A stretch of DNA of 64,000 bases from Candidatus Bathyarchaeia archaeon (lineage in GTDB: Archaea; Thermoproteota; Bathyarchaeia; Bathyarchaeales; Bathycorpusculaceae): contig JBEKHN010000006.1 in NCBI GenBank assembly GCA_050012255.1, positions 1 to 64,000 of the forward strand, given 5' to 3'. The position numbers and the translations under genes were made by a program. The notes below the pieces were generated by a model. That model ran no database searches and had not been told where the DNA came from. It was given only the letters and a program-made list of their open reading frames with translations. Positions 60,230 through 64,000 of this stretch are shown here, piece after piece (position 1 is the first letter of the stretch; every line of letters starts with the position of its first letter).

Positions 60230-60697
60230 CTAGGTTTTTGGTTGTTGAAGCTTCTGGTCTCTTTTCTTCAGTTCATTATAGAGATACTCGAACCAAAAGC
60301 ATTTGTCTGAATGCATTTCTTTAAGTGTAGACTCGTTCTTTTCCCATACCTGTTTCACTGGTTCAGCGAACAGTTCTCTAGCCATATCTATGTCCAAGAG
60401 TTTTCTATAGAGTAACAACCCGACTTCTTCATAGTATGTGCTCATTTTAAGAAGCTCCTTCCAACCTTGTCCCTTGATATATTCATTGAAGTCTTTCTCT
60501 CCCCTGACCTTCAGTTGATACCAGTAATTCATGACCTCTTCAGTCAATATCCCTTGGTATAATCTCAAGGTAAGGTCTGTTTGCCTTGTTCTGTTCTGAT
60601 TTCTCATATCAAGTATATAGTAGACAACACCAACTAGCACACCAGCAGCAGCTACCATTGCTGAAACAGAAGTTACGTCAAACTCCATTTGTTTCAC
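60230..60697 (-). CDS. DUF4760-like protein, copy 3
   Basis: Same N- and C-termini as 57280-57813. Confidence 0.75.
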   Translation of the reverse strand: MKQMEFDVTSVSAMVAAAGVLVGVVYYILDMRNQNRTRQTDLTLRLYQGILTEEVMNYWYQLKVRGEKDFNEYIKGQGWKELLKMSTYYEEVGLLLYRKLLDIDMARELFAEPVKQVWEKNESTLKEMHSDKCFWFEYLYNELKKRDQKLQQPKT

Positions 60698-60818
60698 CCA
60701 AAAGACCAGATAACCCGCAATCAGTATTAAAGACTACATCACAAACCATGAAGAGAATGATTATTTAGAAAAGAAGCCTAATCTAAGCTCTATATGTTAA
60801 TAACAGACAGAATATTGT

Positions 60819-61379
60819 TTACTTCTTTTCGGTCCTTGTCAGTATCTTTGGTTCTTTCCACTCTTCTCTGAGGATGCTGTAGAGATGGTAATCGGTCCAT
60901 GCTCCTCGCACGAACAGCAGTTTTCGAATAGTCCCTTCTATCTTTAAGCCTGCTTTCTCCAAAACTTTCTGTGCCGTTTTGTTCCTTACATTTGTGCATG
61001 CTTGTATACGACCAATGTTTTTTGAGAGAAATAGGTAATCAACCATTAACTGAGTCGCTTCTGCTCCGTATCCTTTCCCTCTTTCGCTAGGAACAAAAAA
61101 GCAACCGATTTCCATCACCCCGTATGGCTGATTAATAAAATGCCAGACAAACCCCATTCTATTTCCGTCCTTCTTCTGAACTATAAACTTCTTCCACTCA
61201 ATCGAAATCGCTATGTTCGGGGGATTGTCAAAATTTTGCATCAATCCTGACTTCGAAGTCTGCTCAAATACAGGATTGCTGTATTCCCCCCAGAAATACA
61301 TGTTATTGAAGCATTCAGCTAGAAAATCAATGTCGTCTCTCTCCAAAACCCTCAGATTCACAGTCTTCCCTTCAAGCAA
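60819..61379 (-). CDS. RimJ/RimL-type GNAT, copy 2
   Basis: MLEGK.VNLR...ERGKGYG...REEWKEPKILT. Confidence 0.9.
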   Translation of the reverse strand: MLEGKTVNLRVLERDDIDFLAECFNNMYFWGEYSNPVFEQTSKSGLMQNFDNPPNIAISIEWKKFIVQKKDGNRMGFVWHFINQPYGVMEIGCFFVPSERGKGYGAEATQLMVDYLFLSKNIGRIQACTNVRNKTAQKVLEKAGLKIEGTIRKLLFVRGAWTDYHLYSILREEWKEPKILTRTEKK

Positions 61380-61452
61380 ATCAAGTCACCATTCAAACCA
61401 ATTACTTTCGGTTCAGCTATAACTTTTCCGCAAAACCAAAAACTGACTATCT

Positions 61453-62004
61453 TCAAGCGGTTTTTGTCAGTATTTTTGGTTCTTTCCATTCTTCTCTTAG
61501 AATGCTGTGGAGATAGTGATCAGTCCATACTCCTCTAACGAGCGTAAGTTTTCGGATAGTCCCTTCTATTCTGAAACCTGCTTTCTCCAGAACCCTCTGT
61601 GACGCTTTGTTCCCCACGTTTGTCGTTGCTTCTATCCGAACGATGTCTTTAGAGAGAAATAGATAATCAACCATTAACTGGACTGCTTCTGTTCCATATC
61701 CTTTCCCCCTTTCGCTGGGAAGAAGAAAGTACCCGATTTCCATCGTCCCGTATGGCTGATTAGTCCTGTGATGGACAAGCCCAATTCTGGTTCCGTCCTT
61801 CTTCTGAATGATGAACATCTTTAAGCCAAGCATTTTTTGAAACTCTGTAGGATTATCAAAACTCTTCATCCATTCTGACTTCGACATCTGCTCCTCAATT
61901 GGGATGTAATCCGCACAGAAACCCCCGTCATTATGGCATCCAACCTCAAAATCAATGTCATCACTCTCAATTACCCTCAGATTCACAGTCCTACCTTCAA
62001 GCAA
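61453..62004 (-). CDS. RimJ/RimL-type GNAT, copy 3
   Basis: MLEGRTVNLR...ERGKGYG...REEWKEPKILT. Confidence 0.9.
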   Translation of the reverse strand: MLEGRTVNLRVIESDDIDFEVGCHNDGGFCADYIPIEEQMSKSEWMKSFDNPTEFQKMLGLKMFIIQKKDGTRIGLVHHRTNQPYGTMEIGYFLLPSERGKGYGTEAVQLMVDYLFLSKDIVRIEATTNVGNKASQRVLEKAGFRIEGTIRKLTLVRGVWTDHYLHSILREEWKEPKILTKTA

Positions 62005-62079
62005 CTCAGTTCACCAAACCACAGAGTCACTTTCGGTTCAGCTATAACTTTTCCGCAAAGTAGGAGAACTGAAAAACCT

Positions 62080-62841
62080 TCAAGCTCTTTTTGTCAGTAT
62101 CTTTGGTTCTTTATCAATAACAGCTATGTATGCTGAGTCACCAGAATCTATGAATTCCCTGATCTTCCATCCTGTTCCTTTGAGTATCTCTTCCATTTCT
62201 TTCTTGGATACTATCAGGTAATCGAACCATCTGCCAACGCATTTCCTGAATCTTATTCTTACTCTTAACTGTCCTGCCATTCTGCCTTTTTTCTTGTTGA
62301 GCTTGTGATATTCCAAGTGGTCAGGATTGTCAGTCTTGTATGTGTCACGAGTACTGGCAATAATCAATCCATTCTTGGAAGTCATTCTATGAAACTTCTT
62401 CAGCAATCTTCTTGCCTTCTTGAAACTGCCAAACAGCCCAAAATTGCTTCCCATCATAATAATCGTGTCGAAGGAATTGGGCTTGAAATTCAATTCTTCA
62501 ATTGACATAACTCTTGCCCGTTTCAAGCCTCTCAACTTGCAGATTTTGATCGCAAGAGGAGAACTGTCAATTCCCAACACGTCAAAACCCATCTTCTGCA
62601 AATACGGAGAATGCCTACCAGCTCCGCAACCGATGTCCAAAACCCTTCCTTTCACGAATTCCATAGCCTTTCTATCAATGAGATCCCAATTTTCATACTC
62701 TGAAAAATAGAATCCTGGACCCTTTGGGGATGCATTAAAGTAGCCATCATCCCTTTCCACTATCTCAGAAGCTTCTTCACGTTTGTAGCAAGCCCACATC
62801 TCCTGACCAAACGTATCTTCCTCAGGCTCAAGTTTCTTCAT
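62080..62841 (-). CDS. Class I SAM-dependent methyltransferase
   Basis: [19 protein letters not shown]. Confidence 0.9.
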   Translation of the reverse strand: MKKLEPEEDTFGQEMWACYKREEASEIVERDDGYFNASPKGPGFYFSEYENWDLIDRKAMEFVKGRVLDIGCGAGRHSPYLQKMGFDVLGIDSSPLAIKICKLRGLKRARVMSIEELNFKPNSFDTIIMMGSNFGLFGSFKKARRLLKKFHRMTSKNGLIIASTRDTYKTDNPDHLEYHKLNKKKGRMAGQLRVRIRFRKCVGRWFDYLIVSKKEMEEILKGTGWKIREFIDSGDSAYIAVIDKEPKILTKRA

Positions 62842-63392
62842 GTCAAATCATTGATTACATCTTTTCCTGTTTCAGTTCTTATGACTTGTGCTAATCCGAC
62901 AATTTAACATCGAAAATCATGTCCAGCCACTTTTAATGTCAAGAACAGCATGTCAAGTGGAGCACTTACGATTAAAAAAGTCTGTCTTCAGAGTTTGACC
63001 TTTGCTTTCTAGAAGTGGAAAATCCAGATATCTGGCTGTAGCAGTGTTTTAAACGGTCCTAGCAATTGGAAAAGAAACACACAAAGCAAATGGAATGCAT
63101 CTCTCATGAAGACAGAAAGAGAGAAGCAAACAAACCTTTGTACCTTGCTAGGTATGAATGAATACAATCCTTTTCTTATTAATTGAACATGTTGCACGCC
63201 CACACATGCATAGACACAATGATGTACTCCAATACAACAAGGTTCATTGAAGAAACAAACCTGATTTCCTTCTTCTTACAGAAGCTAAGCATAGACCAAT
63301 ATCTCCTATTGTTATCTCAACGATGCTAAGAAACAATCATCAGAATACCAGGTATTCGCAAGGAGGAATTCCTAGCAGCTACGATGACTGCT

Positions 63393-63767
63393 CTACCTCC
63401 ATTTATGAGGTGTAAATCTACTCTTAGGAACTGCTTTTCTGTTGTAAGAGGCTAGTCCAAACTTGTGCAATATTCTTAGCAGTATGGATGCTTGGTGCAT
63501 AATCTCTCTGTGACTAAACTCCCTGCCGTTCCAGGTTTCTTTGGTAGTAAACAACTGTCCATCCTTGATTATGAGTAATGGCTTTCCTGGATACCGATAG
63601 AATATCATGCCAGACTCATCCCATATTTCTGGAATTGCTTTAACCGACAACTCATCGAAAAGTCCTTTGATTGAATCAGCATCAAAGTTGGATAGTTTAT
63701 ACCCATAGTATCTAACTATCCTATTCTTCTGATATTCAATGGGAGTGACTAATTCTAACTCACTCAA
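63393..63767 (-). CDS. Hypothetical protein
   Basis: 124-aa ORF; no recognisable motif. Confidence 0.6.
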   Translation of the reverse strand: MSELELVTPIEYQKNRIVRYYGYKLSNFDADSIKGLFDELSVKAIPEIWDESGMIFYRYPGKPLLIIKDGQLFTTKETWNGREFSHREIMHQASILLRILHKFGLASYNRKAVPKSRFTPHKWR

Positions 63768-64000
63768 ATCTTGACCATTCCGAACTAAGCCTGGATTAGT
63801 ACTCGATCATTTAGAAGACATATCATACTATATCTGCTCTGTGTAGATACACAGTTAGTGCATAGGCTTTCTATGGACAAACAATGGAGATCAACATATG
63901 CAAAAGCACCCTAACTTACTCTTTATAATAGAATGACCCTCCATCACTTCTAATGTCACGTTCTAAATCGGGAGTCACATTCTGGACAGAAGCTATAGAA

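Larger units (their letters stand above)
56183..64000. mobile_element. Integrated element 2 (left part; right end not in window)
   Basis: tRNA-half att plus split integrase; visibly more AT-rich; paralogous cassettes. Confidence 0.75.

Noticed and set aside
58494-62004. Diversity-generating retroelement acting on the paralogues
   Set aside because: No reverse transcriptase in the window and differences are not adenine-specific
57077-64000. Classical integron with attC sites
   Set aside because: Integrase is SSV-type without the IntI insertion; no RYYYAAC...GTTRRRY palindromic attC found in the spacers by eye

Overview
Archaeal DNA, most consistent with a TACK/Bathyarchaeia-like genome (inferred from the 23S rRNA 3' end with no adjacent 5S, deoxyhypusine synthase, Dpo4/DinB, GGGGTG Shine-Dalgarno sites and SSV-type integrase). 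The window runs: 23S rRNA end and host genes (1-4350); a ~38.4 kb element integrated in tRNA-Gln(CTG), bounded by a 17-bp direct repeat (4352-42765); host genes (42830-56150); and a second element starting at a tRNA-Ala 3'-half att site inside a split SSV/pTN3-type integrase, carrying paralogous GNAT and membrane-protein cassettes (56183 to window end). Element 1 has an integrase, an MCM-like helicase, TIR/PocR/radical-SAM cargo, a C5 restriction-modification locus with a T:G glycosylase, and a ~10 kb co-directional gene array (21.7-30.9 kb) in which nearly every gene has the same CCC-polyT-GGGGTG leader. Main finding: the array's ATP-dependent DNA ligase gene is interrupted inside its catalytic lysine codon by a 21-nt insertion with an in-frame stop. 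The insertion folds as a bulge-helix-bulge, so it looks like an archaeal mRNA intron, and its removal restores ERKWDGTR. A divergent Ku-like gene lies ~300 bp downstream and two long hairpin-rich non-coding regions lie upstream. (GC)n tracts mark module and gene-truncation junctions across the element. Together these suggest a mobile, splicing-gated end-joining system. All calls are from reading the sequence; no searches or folding programs were run.
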